64,000 bases of DNA from Octopus vulgaris (taxonomy: Eukaryota). A program made the translations under genes and the position numbers. The stretch spans positions 51,150,001 to 51,214,000 of the forward strand of contig OX597820.1 of NCBI GenBank assembly GCA_951406725.2, given 5' to 3'. Shown here in pieces: positions 13,792 through 27,878 of this stretch (the first letter of the stretch is position 1; each line of letters opens with the position of its first letter). The notes beneath the pieces are model-generated. The model was not told where the DNA came from. It saw only the letters and a list, made by a program, of their open reading frames with translations, and ran no database searches.

Positions 13792-13960
13792 TTTTATGTA
13801 AAGCGATATTTCTGTACTATGATATTGTCTGTGTTTGTGTATTTACCATGTCATAAAGGAGAGAAAAGAAAACAATACTTCATGTTTATTGCCATTTTAG
13901 ATTCGAATATGTTTGTAATTTTTTTTCTATGAAAAAACTGTTGTTTAATCATCGGGAGTA

Positions 13961-13966
13961 AATAAA
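13961..13966 (+). promoter_or_regulatory. Candidate polyadenylation signal for HS3ST
   Basis: First AATAAA, about 170 nt after the stop, followed by GT/T-rich sequence. Further AATAAA at 14596, 14611 and 14724, so the used site is uncertain. Confidence 0.35.
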
Positions 13967-14153
13967 ACCAAAACAAGGCGTGTTTGGTAACCAAACTACT
14001 TGTTTATTCCTGGCTTATTCTATACCGATATAGGTTTCGCAGAAACACAATATACATAAATTCATAAATAATCAAGAAAATGAAGAACATATGCAAATAC
14101 ACGAAGATTATATATGCGGGTATATGCATATTTACTTGCAAGCATACACACAA

Positions 14154-14184
<31 letters not shown>

Positions 14185-15719
14185 AATTTTATTCATAACC
14201 GCGAACTGGCAGACACACTCGCAAATAATTAGACACAGACACATAAGTATATGTAACTAAATTATTACAGGGATAAGAATTTCGATCTTGTACTGTAACT
14301 GAATATAAATTATGAGGAATCAGGATACATAAATAATTTATGCAATATATATCCATATATTATTTGATAATTACAGCCGACTTTATAAAACGTCTAAAAA
14401 TATTAAAAATATTAACACATGCATTCACAAAACAATGCACACCGTGGCTGTCTGCCTATCTATCTATCTATATGCGTGTGCGTGTGCATGTATACATGTA
14501 TGTATGTATACAATTATGTATGTATATGTAAGTTAGCAATCATATTTATTACAGAGAAACTATATCATTTACTTCGAATAATATTAGAAAATAACAATAA
14601 AGACTTGACAAATAAATTCGTGATGAATATTAATAAGATTAGTATTACAAACTAGTAAACAATATAGCATAACTATATGTTTGAAACCAATCTTCCTTAT
14701 CAATATTCTGATTGTTTTCCACAAATAAATACATGCATCCCTAAACATAGTTGCGTACTTATATGACGCTTACACGTACACATAAATAGATACACATATA
14801 GGAATATATATTATGAAACTTATTTTCACAATGTTTTGCTTTTCAGTTTCTTTGGATTAGTAGATTTTCTAAAATCATCATCAATATTTCTAAATTGACT
14901 GAGTCATATCTTTCTCACGGCAGAAAATTTGTGTGTACTTGCCTGTTTATAAAATGCAGTGCGTTTAATATAACTAGAAATTACGGACAAATTTTAAAAT
15001 TTAACCGTTAGATATTCATATGTCTTCATTGGAATATATGTTTATATATTTCACACCTTTGTGCATAACATGTAGTATGATGATAATTGAAACTTCTATA
15101 TTTGCGAGCTGATGTTAGCAAGAAAGTTATTCCCTTAACTTTAGCGAGTAACATATCACTTATGTAAGTTTAACGTTTTCTGTGTTTCCTTTTGTTTTCT
15201 ATTTTACGTTTTTCGCAATGGCAGTGTGTAAATCTAGTACATACATAGTACGCAATTTGATTACTATATTTTATGTGCTGTTTAATGACTGTACTATTCA
15301 ATGCCTATGTTAATGTATTAGCTATTACTCACTCTGAAATTATGTAAACGTAGATGTCGTTGTCTGTCGTTGGAGACTGTGACAATTTAGAGAAATTTTG
15401 ATGATGAATTTGGACAACTTTTGTTCCATAAATAAGGCAAAGAACCTCAGACGGAATAGCAAAACTAGAAAATTAGAGATCACATTCCTGTATTGCATAT
15501 ATCAGATGCAAATATCTGTATGTGAGCATATATAAACACACGCACCCACATTCACACACACATATACATACACACCCACACATATACATACATACTAGGC
15601 TTATCTAGCGGTGGTCTGATCTTTCGCAGAACCTGTGTATGTGGACCTACTCCAGTACTCCCTATAGGAACTTGGAGGTGCCATACCATCCACTGATTCC
15701 GTTAAACATATTACTAGAA

Positions 15720-15960
15720 CTTCTGCTACCTTGCCTAGTCTTGGGATATAATACGGAGTGGTTTCCTTGACTTCTCCAGGCAGGTGGAATTTGAACTCGG
15801 AAACTGAAGCGACGGAATATATAGGGTAAAGCATTTTCCCAGCCACAAAGCAACGTGAAATGAAGTGTTTTGCAAAAAAACAACAACAAAAAACAACACA
15901 CCGCCCGACCCGAGAGTGGAACCCACGTTGTAGAGAACGTGAATGCACTAGGCCATGATC
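15720..15960 (-). mobile_element. Degenerate tRNA-headed SINE, possibly chimeric
   Basis: Reverse strand starts TCATGGCCTAGTG...GGGTTCCACTCTCGGGTCGGGCGGTGTGTTG, followed by an S3-like GAGTTCAAATTCC segment. Confidence 0.4.
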
Positions 15961-16092
15961 GTATATTCATACACTGACTAATGTATAATATGTATACCTA
16001 TACATACTCATGTGTGTGTGTATATATATACATATATATGCATGGATGAATACTAGTATGTATATACATATACATATATATATACATATACA

Positions 16093-16143
<51 letters not shown>

Positions 16144-16539
16144 GGATGTATATGCATATATGTTCAGATTATTCGTGAAGTCAAATCGAAAAATACTAAT
16201 GGATTCTCTTAACGATACCTGACAGGCGGTTAAATGATGACCTCCCTATATTTTTACTTCATTTTCTCCTTTCTATTTCTCTCGCTCTTTATTTGTCTCT
16301 TTTCCTCTCTCACTCTGACTCACTCACTGTCTCTTTCTCTGTTTCTTAATTCTCAGTTTGTATATCAAACAGTCATTCTGTTCATTGCTGTGCTGGAAGA
16401 TTGATTCTTGACACTCCCTGGTGTAACGAACGCCATATATGTTAAATAAAATGACTGTATATTGTCCTAAATAAAATATATATACATGATAACCTGTTCT
16501 TATTTATGTTATTTACTTTATGGAATACTATTTCTTCAT

Positions 16540-16746
16540 CTTTTATTGGTTTTATTCATTGGATCTTGGCCTTACTGTAACACATTCAATGTTCTAATCG
16601 AACAAATCGACGCCAATTCTCTGATTTGTTTTTCTGAAACCTGCTGCCTATTCTATCGATATCATTTGCCGAAAAGCTAATTTTTCGGGACGTGAATAAT
16701 CCAACCACCATCTGTCAAATAGTCTCTGGGGACAAGCTTACACACA

Positions 16747-16822
<76 letters not shown>

Positions 16823-17010
16823 CACACAAATACACACATATACGACAAACAAGCATATTAATTATTACGTCTACGAAATCAACTCACACAAGGCTTTTGC
16901 TGGCCCGGCGTTATTGTAGAAGACACTTACATCATGTATCACGTAGTGGGGGACTAAACACGGAACCATATGGTTGAGGACCAAACTTGATACCCACCAT
17001 CACGCCTGCT
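16540..17010 (-). mobile_element. SINE family S2 (internal microsatellite), old copy
   Basis: Reverse complement aligns with 27052-27525, including the internal (CA)n at 16740-16828. Confidence 0.7.
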
Positions 17011-17609
17011 CAATGCGACGAATTTGTAGGTGAGTTGGTTTCCATTAAATTACGCTCAGTAACAGTATTATCATACCCTGAAAGCTACAAGTCAGTTTAA
17101 AACACTGAGTCAAAATAGAGTATAAAAGTCCTTTACTGGAATTATTCCTTTCCACGAGTAAAGAAATTTGGTCTCATTATTGATTCGGTAACTTAACAAT
17201 ATCTGAGTTCACTCTGAATTTTCATATTAATTATTATCAGCTTTGCAGACAGGAAAAATAAACAGGAATTATAGGGACTTGCCCGAGGAACAAAGAGCCT
17301 CAAATTCTGAGAATGCCTTATAGGTGTGAATCTAATATTTTTATACAGCTAATATCTTCAAAAATATTTGAACCGAACATCTATATATATAGATGTTTGA
17401 CATATTGTAGAAATTACCAATATAATGATGTTAGAATTTTCTCTCAAAATATATCTTAAACTTGACTATTTTTGGCAATGGTAGTTTACGTCAATATGTT
17501 TGTGAATCTGCAGTATCTTCCCTGAACAATAATATCTTTGATTAAATTGGGAATGTTCATGTATATTTTGTAAGGTGTACATTTCTCTTATGCCAATACA
17601 CTTTTCATG

Positions 17610-18194
17610 TACACAGACATGTAGGAAGTATATAGACACGTTTAAAGTTTTCAAAATTTCTGATCTAAGCGTCTTAATATATTTTCAGCGGTGTAGAATT
17701 TAAAATGTAATTATTCTTTTTCATTCCGGGTGCCATTATATTAAACATTTGCGAAGAGTAACCATGCAAAGCACAAAAAAACTCAGCACAACTGTCAGGT
17801 GTTCAAAGAAGTCGTATTGCTGGGAATCTGAGGCTGGTCTTAGCCAGTGAAAAATTGCCGAAAAATCTTCAAATTCCTCTTGCTACTGTTAACAGAATTA
17901 TAGTGCAAGTCAAAAGTCAAGGAGAAGAGTCAACAGACTCTCGACCCGCCGACCTCGGCCCTTTGAAAGGAAACTTCGCTGTTTGAAGAGAATTGTGGAA
18001 AACGAACCCCGTTCGAAGGCTAGTGACAGTGCAAAACAGCTAGAGGTTAGTCCACGAACGTGTGTCACATATCTGCATAAGCTTGGGTATTATGAACGAG
18101 CAGCTAGAATAAAGCCTCTCCTTCAACCAATTTATATCAAATAAAAGATTTTGAAACTTTAAGGTGTCTATTTACTTCTGTCTGTGTATTTGTA
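17610..18194 (+). mobile_element. Internally deleted Tc1-family DNA transposon
   Basis: Imperfect TIRs: 17610-17657 GAAGTATATAGACACGTTTAAAGTTTTCAAAAT versus 18148-18194 (reverse complement GAAGTAAATAGACACCTTAAAGTTTCAAAAT). A frameshifted N-terminal transposase starts at ATG 17764: GLSQ*KIAE..NLQIPLATVNRII..RPR..LKRIVENEPR..LEVSPRT..LHKLGYYERAARIKPLL. No DDE domain. Confidence 0.85.
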
Positions 18195-18299
18195 AAGCCA
18201 TGGATGATAAATATACGGCAACACAACACAATTTAACAATTTGAGAGAATCTTTAGAAGATAGATCAGAATGTCCTACAGTGGCACTTCCAACAATCTG

Positions 18300-19680
18300 A
18301 GCTTTGAGTTTAAACGTGCATCGGAAACTGCATATCCCGACTACGAGCAAACCCATGCAAATTCGTTATCCGTTGAAAAAACAACTAGAGAGATGTCAAA
18401 AACAAAACAAAAAAACTGAGAAGATATTACAGCTACTAACGATAACACATAGCAAAATATCAGACGTTACACTTCGGGATTCAGAAAATATGCACCAATC
18501 ATAGGCGGAGCTATGTCTTTCAGATATTTGACCGAGCATTTTGTGTTCCAGCATAACCATTTGTGATGAGACTCGTGTGTAGATTTCAATAGTTTTTCCT
18601 GTGTTGTGACCGTTAAGTTGTAAAAAACATGATTCAAAGGTGTTCGACTGATATCTTCTTATTTCAATGATGCAGAATTTATTTCTATTGATTGAAGGTT
18701 TATGTATAAGTAAGTAGATCACCTTTATGTAAGATTTTAAAGATTGAGTATTAACGACTGGAGTCTTACGCGCGCAATCGAAGATCGTCACAGAAAAAGT
18801 AATTGACGATTATTGGGTGGTGGGTACTTATTCTAGCTTAAAGAGTGGTTTATATAATAGATATCCATTTTGATATATATTTATTGGACAAATGGACATT
18901 AGCTCTTAAATTGTTTAGTAGTTCTACCATATACTTGTTTTTATGCAGTTTAGCGTGATAATGTTTGTCCTTCGAGGTATAGTAACTGCATTACTATGGT
19001 TGAAAGGAATGTTGTTAGATGTGGGATTAGCGACGTGGCGGCAAGTGAGGTTTCTCTTTGGAAGTTAAACTGTTAACAGGTTTTGTATGGTCGAAGTATT
19101 TTTTCAAAGCAATTGTGTTAAGGAAAATTGGTGATATGATGTTGAATTTGAAACCGACGACATCCTTTTCTTTGATGGATTCTTGGCGAATACGTTTGTG
19201 GTTGTTTTGCAAATCGCAATGCCGAAGTGTATTTTTGAAGATCTGACAAACGGGCTGTTTATATTTTAGCTCTGAAATATTGGTTTCAAATTTTAGTACA
19301 AGGACAGGAATTTCGATGTATTGGGTAAATCGATTAAATGTATCGATCCCAATGCTCAAGAGGTACTTACATTAGCGACCTCGAAATAATGAATGGAAAC
19401 GTCGAACCCGGCGGCATTTGAAACCAGAACGGAAAAAACAGAGGAAATGGTGCTAAGCATTGTAGTCGGCGTCTTTTGGTTTTAAAATATTCACGATATG
19501 AAATAACTTCAACAGAGGCACAAGACCTGAATTCATCTGCAACAGTGCGTAACTGGTCCATTATTTCATATGCCCTAGAATCATTTAAGTAAAATGAGTA
19601 CATGTTAGATCGTAAAGAATTGTGAAACAGTGCCAATAGTTTTATCCAAATAACTAGATATTCTAATCATACACGGAATG
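18300..19680 (-). mobile_element. Possible decayed hAT-type transposase remnant
   Basis: Fragmented minus-strand ORFs. KRIRQESIKEKDVVGFKFNIISPIFLNTIALKKYFD and ILLCVIVSSCN loosely resemble ZMYM1/Tip100-type hAT segments. Confidence 0.25.
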
Positions 19681-19911
19681 TTCAAAATAGTGAAAGGTCA
19701 ATTGTGAAATGTACTTGTAATTTCTACCAATCATGACGTTTTATGATTAATGATTTATCTATATGTGCGTGTGTGTGTCTGTGTGTGTATGTGTGTGTGT
19801 GTTTGTATGTTTGTGTGTAACTATTATTCAAATAACATATCTGTCACTTGACGGAATAGTTTTTTGTTGATATTAACTTTACGGGTCTACACATTATATA
19901 TACATACATAC

Positions 19912-19969
<58 letters not shown>

Positions 19970-20299
19970 AAGATCATAATTATCAATGATCTGACATATA
20001 TCTTTCAATATATCGGAAATGGAGTGTTAGACATTTGAGGATATCTGAACGAAATAATTAAAAACACACTGTATATACCGTCACTTGACATATACTATTC
20101 TCTTTCACTATAAATCAAAAAGGAGACATTTAAAAACGATACTATGTGATGCATTATTAAATAGGTAATACGTACATTGAGCTAATGCATAAAGATAAAA
20201 CAGTTCCCCGTGAAAATGATGTTAGCTGAAATTTTAAAAAAAAGCATAAGGCCTGGATATTATTTCTAAAGTCCTGCGAAAAATGGCATCATATATATA

Positions 20300-21750
20300 C
20301 ATGGTAAGACTGGGATTTCATTACATATATGAACTTTGCAGTCACACCAAATACATGCATACACAGTTGCATACATACATGCAAAATAGATTAAAATGTA
20401 CACGTATAACAAAGAGAGGTAAAGCGTAAATTAGCAGGGCAACAAACACGATATATTAGGAAGTTACATTTGGAAAGCATAAACTATATCGGATTCGAAA
20501 ATAGATGATTTAAAAGATAAGATATATGGCAAAAGCATAAGAAAAGCACACAAATCAAATCAAAGAAAAAACTGTTTAAGAAGTAAATCACGAAGATGGA
20601 GATAACATGTGCAAATCAATCAAAGCAAATGAATAAACACCTATAAAATCATATCCTTAAAAAAATGAAGCATTCTCAATAGGAAAAGCATAAACATGGC
20701 AATATAAAAACGGCAGCGACTGAATAACTAAAAACAATTCAGCTTCCTGAGTACTAAATAAACTACCTCTCTTATAAGATACAATAAAAACAGCAGCGAT
20801 AAAAGACGTACATCTGGCAAGCAGAAACTTAATGAAATCAGACCACCAGGTTAAAAGAAATAATGTAGGCAAAAAGAGCCACTTTATTTAGAAAGTAGAG
20901 TGGATAGTTCTTCAGATGTACTAATACAAGCATATATAGAGGGAAAAAAAGTAGAAAATATATGTTGCTGTTTAGTAATTCAAACGTACAAAAGTAATAC
21001 TGAAGAATCTTTCTGAAATAACAATATATATAGGAAAATAAAAGAAAAAACGAGACCTATAAAACGCCATAGGTAAAGTTCCTTTACAAATAGCAAATAA
21101 TCGTATTGAAAGCCAGACAGACTTTGAAGAAAACAAGTAGTTCACAACAATTTAATCATGAACTATGTAAAAGAAAATAGAATCAATGTAGCATCAGAAA
21201 GAGAGTTAGAAACAGTCTGCATAATATATGTGGATAGTGAAGAAAGCCATCACGGATATGATTGTGCCAATATATATCATTGTACTTTATCGTGGGCGAC
21301 AATAACATCACAAAACAACTCAAGTTGCTATAAAAAGGAAACAACATAAAGCATTAAGCTAGAATGGATTCCAAAACCCGCATGTATAATATTTAACAGT
21401 GAACCGTGTTCCTATCTATAAGAATGTAACTGAAGGAAAAAATTAATCCAAAAATACAGACCCATACCAAGTCTACTTTCAGTTTCAACTACAACACTAT
21501 CAAATGTATGACTGGAAGAAAAATGTGATTGTAGAAGATTATAACATATATTACAAAGGTTCAGATAAGCAGAAATTGAAGAATTACTTATAAATAAAGT
21601 CATAACCAAATTCTGTAGAAGAAGAAGGGTATATCTGAACATGGTTTGCATTGACGACTAAAACCGTGTTTAATGTTCAAGGTAATATTAACACTCAGTA
21701 AAATAGTAGAAATAATATGTCGATTTGAATCTATTATGATTGCATGGTAA
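20300..21750 (+). mobile_element. Decayed Penelope-like fragments (GIY-YIG region)
   Basis: A-rich coding-like strand with ILNRKSINMA (IFNRNTVKLSY-like), TIYIGK then HR*SSF (YIG...H..SF-like) and a second IIFNSE..SY stretch. Confidence 0.35.
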
Positions 21751-22420
21751 CCATTTTTGCAATTCGAGAATGCTGGAGTAAAATATTATTTACAAAGATC
21801 ATTTCAGTGTGTTTTCCGAACTCTTACATATGTTAGAGAAAAACGCTTGAAGCAACGTATTACATAAGACCTAATTCCGACAGAAAGGCAATGGAAGAGG
21901 AATAAAAAGTATTCTTACGTTGATTACTTCAGCCGTAACAAGTATGCTGTAACCAACTAGGAACACGGCTGCAGATGCAACACACATACTTTAGAGAAAT
22001 GTTCATGTGATTAAAAGTAGAAAATGGCCTAAGTCCCATTGCACACGTCAAAATTAATTATAAATGCTAATACAATTTGAGATAAATTAGAAGTTATAAG
22101 AGCATAAAAACATGATAGAGTATGAAGTAAAAGCAAATACATATAATATTGGTATATTAAACAAATAAAACGTACAGAATAAAGAAATAGGCAGCAATAA
22201 AGGAGCATTTACAGTAATAAGTAATAGTTGAAATATTCTAAAGTGACCGCTATATTAGTGTGGAAATAAGAAAGAGAATGTGTACTTTAAATATGCAAAG
22301 ACTGTTTTCTAAATAGAGTAGCCTAAATATATATCATGCGTTCACCTCAAATCCTTAATTACTGCATCGTGACAACGTGTACATCTGTATATGTATATAA
22401 ATATATATATATATATATAT

Positions 22421-22610
22421 AAGAAGAATTCACAAAACGAAACAAAACAAAAGACGAAGACATGTGGTGTAGACAGTAAACAGAAGCATTGTTTTAACGC
22501 TCGGGAAGTGAAAGAGTTTTTAACGTCTCGAGCCTACAGTCTTCCACAGAAAGGAACACAGAAACAAACAAGGATATGTAGTCGCTAGCTATCTGTCGTG
22601 GCGAATGATA
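22421..22610 (-). mobile_element. PLE 3'-end repeat (HHR-like family C)
   Basis: Reverse complement matches 45215-45383 and 54918-55044 (AAAAGACGAAGAC..GGTGTAGAC, CGAGCCTAC..TCTTCCACAGAAAGGAACACAG). Flanked by TA runs. Confidence 0.75.
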
Positions 22611-22732
22611 GATTTACTATATATATATATATAACAAAGTGGAGTTGCAGGGTACCGCACGAGTGGAATTATATACGAAAGAAGGTTTGAAAATGCAATT
22701 TTAAGATATGTTTATTTACTTAAGTAAATATA

Positions 22733-22819
<87 letters not shown>

Positions 22820-23563
22820 ATACATATATATGTATGTATGTATATATATATGTATATATATGTAGATATGTGTATATGCGTGTTTGTGTGTATGTGTGTG
22901 TATGTGTGTGTATTGTGTGTATGTGTGTTTGTGCGCATGCGCTTGTGTGTGTTTGGATGCTATCGACGCACAACAATTAAACTATCCAGTATTTGGCTCT
23001 AGTGTTGAGCGCGTTAAATTTTGTCCGTAGCTGGTACACTCAGGTCGTCCAGACTCGGGAGAGGGCTACGGCGTAATATAAATAACACAGCAGTAATAAG
23101 AGAGAAGAACATACGTTTTTGCATTTAGTGAAGTAAATATAAATACAACACATTGATGTACATTACAGGACCCACATTGTGCCGAAACATATCCTCCGAG
23201 AGTAAGAGAGAAATTACTATGGAACTAACAGCAAACAAACTTTAAAATAGATTGGACGCACAGACGAGACGGGAGGAGAGATAGGAGGGGGTATTTTATG
23301 AAACTAAACCACATAACTAAACGTAGGCTGTTGAAAGTAATTTGACAGGCTTTATGATAGATTATGACAAAATTCCCTAACATTCGAGCATGTGTGAATC
23401 AATGACTTGATTATAATAGAAATGCCATAATAGCATTTGTCTTACTAATATACATCAAGAGCAATGGATTTTTATCTGAATAATCTTCTAAGATAATAAA
23501 TACGTTGACTAGACATCTATAATATTCTACTTAACGTATATATATATATACAGAGAGAGAAAT

Positions 23564-23768
<205 letters not shown>

Positions 23769-24962
23769 AACAGTTTTACTCAAATTTTTTTCATACCCTT
23801 TTCTCTAGGAATTTCCGTTTTACAATTGTTGTTTCAGAAACAGAAACTACATGATAACCTGCTTAATAGGACATTTTCTTTCTTTTACCATCATACCTCA
23901 TAAGCATATCGGCTCTGCTGACAGATGCACATCATGTGGGGGAAATTAAATGTTCACATGACAATGATATTTGAAACATCAAAGTGTAGACATTTAAAAA
24001 GAACCGTCAATATCTTTCATTCGAATGTCTTCCTAGTTAATGGGAGTATCTAAGATGTGTATGTTAGTAATAACATTACAACTGGCCATTAAAATCAAAT
24101 TCGGAACAGCTCATACAATTACGCAACCGGTATACATTGGAAGACAAGGTCTCTGGTTTTCTGTTGCATATTAAGTGAACGAGTTAATTCAACAAATGTG
24201 AGATGAAATAAAAAGGAAGAATTTATTTGGAGTAAGAATTTATATCTGTATATGAACGTATCCACACAATCATATGCACGCGCGTGCACACAGGCACGTC
24301 CACAGACAGACACACACACACACACACACACAGACATACACAGAGGAATATGTAGAAGAGGATTGTAAAACAATACAGAATGGTGAAAAACTTTGTTTTT
24401 TAACTTACTTAGATCGTACGAATGTTACGCTTTGTTAGTGTGCCTGTTTCTCAATACACATGCACTTCACATACGTATGTGAGAGAAAGGGAGAGAACGA
24501 GAAAGAGAGAGATAGAGTATGATGTGTGTATGCATATTGACTATAATCTTGTAATTATTGGAATTTTTGGTATGTTTTCAGATTTATGGTGGTAAAGAAG
24601 ACATCTGAATCCAGATGTTCAAACATTCTTATCACGAAAGACGGTGGTGCGCTGCATGCTTCATTTTAATTTCACTAATTAATTGTTCTAACATACAAAA
24701 TTAAATATTGATTGACAAAGGAGATTTTCTAGGAGATATTTGCCGCGAACAGTGATTTGAGGTCAGACGCACATATATTTAGAGGCAGAATAACTCAATA
24801 TTTTTTATTGTGTATTCTAGTACGCTAGTATACATACTTGCTCACAATCAACTACACATACAAAACAAAATACACACACACATACATAGACCCGTATTTA
24901 TGATTGTAAATATGTATGAATATATCTATGTATTCGTATGTTGCTTATATACGTACATTTTA

Positions 24963-25004
<42 letters not shown>

Positions 25005-25042
25005 TATATACATATACATGCATATATATATACATATACATG

Positions 25043-25109
<67 letters not shown>

Positions 25110-25795
25110 ATGTATATACATATATATGTATATGCCACATATCCTTCCAAAGCTATACACTAATATCTATGCCTTATCTAATTAGATTATCAGTGAAGAA
25201 TACCAAGCAAAGTAAGAGGCCTACCCCAGACAATGAATCTACAATACAAACACTTTCCAACTTAGAAGAATGAATGAGATCTGAGAGTAAGGAGGCTAAG
25301 TTTTCAGAAATTCACAATCAATGATAACAAATGTTTATTGCCATTATAAGCTGTCAAATGGATATCCCTATTATTTCAAGACATGAGCAACAACATTCAG
25401 CCCGGTGTTATCTGAGAATCTATCAGTTTATCACTACGAATAACAGCATAACATTATCAGTGATACCTTGCAGCTATAAATGTGCACTTGTAATCAAGGA
25501 AAGCACAATGAAACAAAAGCTACTAGATAGTTTATTTCTCAGACGTATACATGATATGATACCAAAAACAAACCAAATGAAATCCGGTGGATTCGTATAT
25601 CACTTAAACAATATCCTCGACCGATATATATTTCTTGAAGGAAACGTTCAAGCCCAGATCAATATATATGAAACAAGTTCGATAGTATAATGTATATTGA
25701 TAAATTGCATATTTACAATGAAACAATAAAAGAAAAAAGAGAATTAGATTTAAATTAAAGTGAAAAAAAATATTTACATAAATGTATATATATAA

Positions 25796-25966
25796 AGTCG
25801 CATTGCTCAGTGGTTAGTGTGCCGGGCTCACTGTCATGAGGCAGTGAGTTCTATTCCTAGACCGGATGGTGTGATGTGATCTCAAAGATTAAACAATGCA
25901 AAAAGCATTGTGACCAGCGATGTGCAACAACTTCTGATAGCTTGGTCGGTTACGTTATCACGTGAT
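25796..25966 (+). mobile_element. tRNA-derived SINE (S1-related), internally deleted
   Basis: TTGCTCAGTGGTTAG...GAGTTCTATTCC head joined to a 3' part homologous to 915-996, followed by (TA)n. Confidence 0.7.
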
Positions 25967-25970
25967 GTAC

Positions 25971-26065
<95 letters not shown>

Positions 26066-26069
26066 AAAC

Positions 26070-26510
26070 CAAAACTCGTCTTCCTTGTAGAATACCTTTT
26101 TAGGCCATTTGATCTTTTTGATCTAGATATTTTTGGAGATGATTAGAATCTTTCTTGACAGTTTTGTTCGTATTCAATGTCTTACAATCTTTTCCTTCCG
26201 GAATATACCTACATATCTAAAGAATTTCTGACACTTTCATGTTCATATTATGATACCTTCCCAATTAATTATTTCTTACACAACACTCACAACCTTTATG
26301 CAAACTTCTTTATAACTTAGTCGCTGAATCGGCAATATCATTCTTAAAATGATATCTTGAATATGGTATTTCTTGAGCGAGGATAGACACAGAAGATACT
26401 AGCTGTTATTAGATTAGACTTCCAAGTTCAATATCGGTCAATTGTAATCCTGTAAATTCATTCCTCGTTGTCTAATTTTCACGCTTCTCATCGTTGCGTT
26501 TTACTGAAGT
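26070..26510 (-). mobile_element. Possible decayed non-LTR reverse transcriptase remnant
   Basis: Reverse strand gives KGILQG (RT GIxQGD-like motif) and an upstream NYRPI-like trace. Many stops. Confidence 0.3.
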
Positions 26511-26860
26511 TACAATTAATACATATATGTTAAAGGAAATCGTATTTGTACCTTTGGGGGAGAAAATGATATCTAAAAGAATAAACGGTAAATGATAAGT
26601 GACAAGAAGCCTCTCATAGATCACTGTAAATCTTTTCACTTTTGAGGCACTGCAGAATTTATGCTCATTGAATAAATCTTCTAGTTGATATCAGTACTAA
26701 GGATTAAAATTTCCTAAAGAAACTGTCATCCATATAAACCTCTCCATACTTCTCTTTATACATGCAAGCATAGACACTCGCGCACACAAACACACATCCA
26801 CGCAACACATTCACACTCAAACAAACATATACACAATTATGCGTGTGTGTGCGTGTGCGT

Positions 26861-26934
<74 letters not shown>

Positions 26935-27051
26935 TACGACTTCTATCAGAAATATATATCCTTTGCTTTGCACTGAATTCCATTCATTAGCAATGCATTA
27001 ACTGATATATAACATAAATATCGTCAATCATTAAACAGGCAAATATCATAT

Positions 27052-27228
27052 AGGCTTAGGAGTGGCTGTGCGGTAAGTAGCTTGCTTATGAACCACATGG
27101 TTCCAGGTTCAGTCCCACTGCGTGGCACCTTGGGCAAGTGTCTTCTACTATAGCCTCAGGCTGGCCAAATCCTTGTGAGTGGATTTGGTAGATGGAAACC
27201 GAAAGAAGCCTGCCGTATATATGTATGC

Positions 27229-27320
<92 letters not shown>

Positions 27321-27525
27321 TTGTGTGTCTGCGTTTGTCCCCTCAACATCGCTTGACAACCGATGCTGGTGTGTTTACGTCCCCGTAACTTAGCGGTTCG
27401 GCAAAAGAGACCGATAGAATAAGTACTAGGCTTACAAAGAATAATTCATGGGGTCGATTTGCTCGACTAAAGGCGGTGCTCCAGCATGGCCGCAGTCAAA
27501 TGACTGAAACAAGTAAAAGAGAGAA
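27052..27525 (+). mobile_element. SINE family S2, full length, with internal (TA)n(TG)n
   Basis: tRNA-like head AGGAGTGGCTGTGCGGTAAG...GGTTCAGTCCC, body GGCACCTTGGGCAAGTGTCTT, internal microsatellite, and tail TGACTGAAACAAGTAAAAGAG. Other copies at 16540, 27554, 42133, 46149 and 60156. Confidence 0.9.
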
Positions 27526-27553
27526 AGAGTAAACCCACTTTCCTTTTCATTTT

Positions 27554-27596
27554 ATTTGGTAGACGGAAACTGAAAGAAGCCCGTATATATAATGAA

Positions 27597-27654
<58 letters not shown>

Positions 27655-27878
27655 TTGTGTGTGTATATGTTTGTGTGTCTGTGTTTGCCCCCCCCCCCCC
27701 AACATCGCTTGACAACCGATGCTGGTGTGTCTACCTCCCCGTAACTTTGTGGTTCTGCAAAAGACACCGATAGAATAAGTACTAGGCTTACAAAGAACAA
27801 GTCCTGGGCTCAATTTGCTCAACTAAAGGCGCTGCTCCAGCATGCCCACAGTCACATGATTCAAACAAGTAAAAGAGT
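27554..27878 (+). mobile_element. SINE family S2, 5'-truncated tandem copy
   Basis: Starts at ATTTGGTAGACGGAAACTGAAAGAAGCCC and repeats the 3' two-thirds of 27052-27525. Confidence 0.9.

Noticed and set aside
23003-23382. Possible solo LTR (TGTT...AACA)
   Set aside because: No target-site duplication or second copy could be identified.
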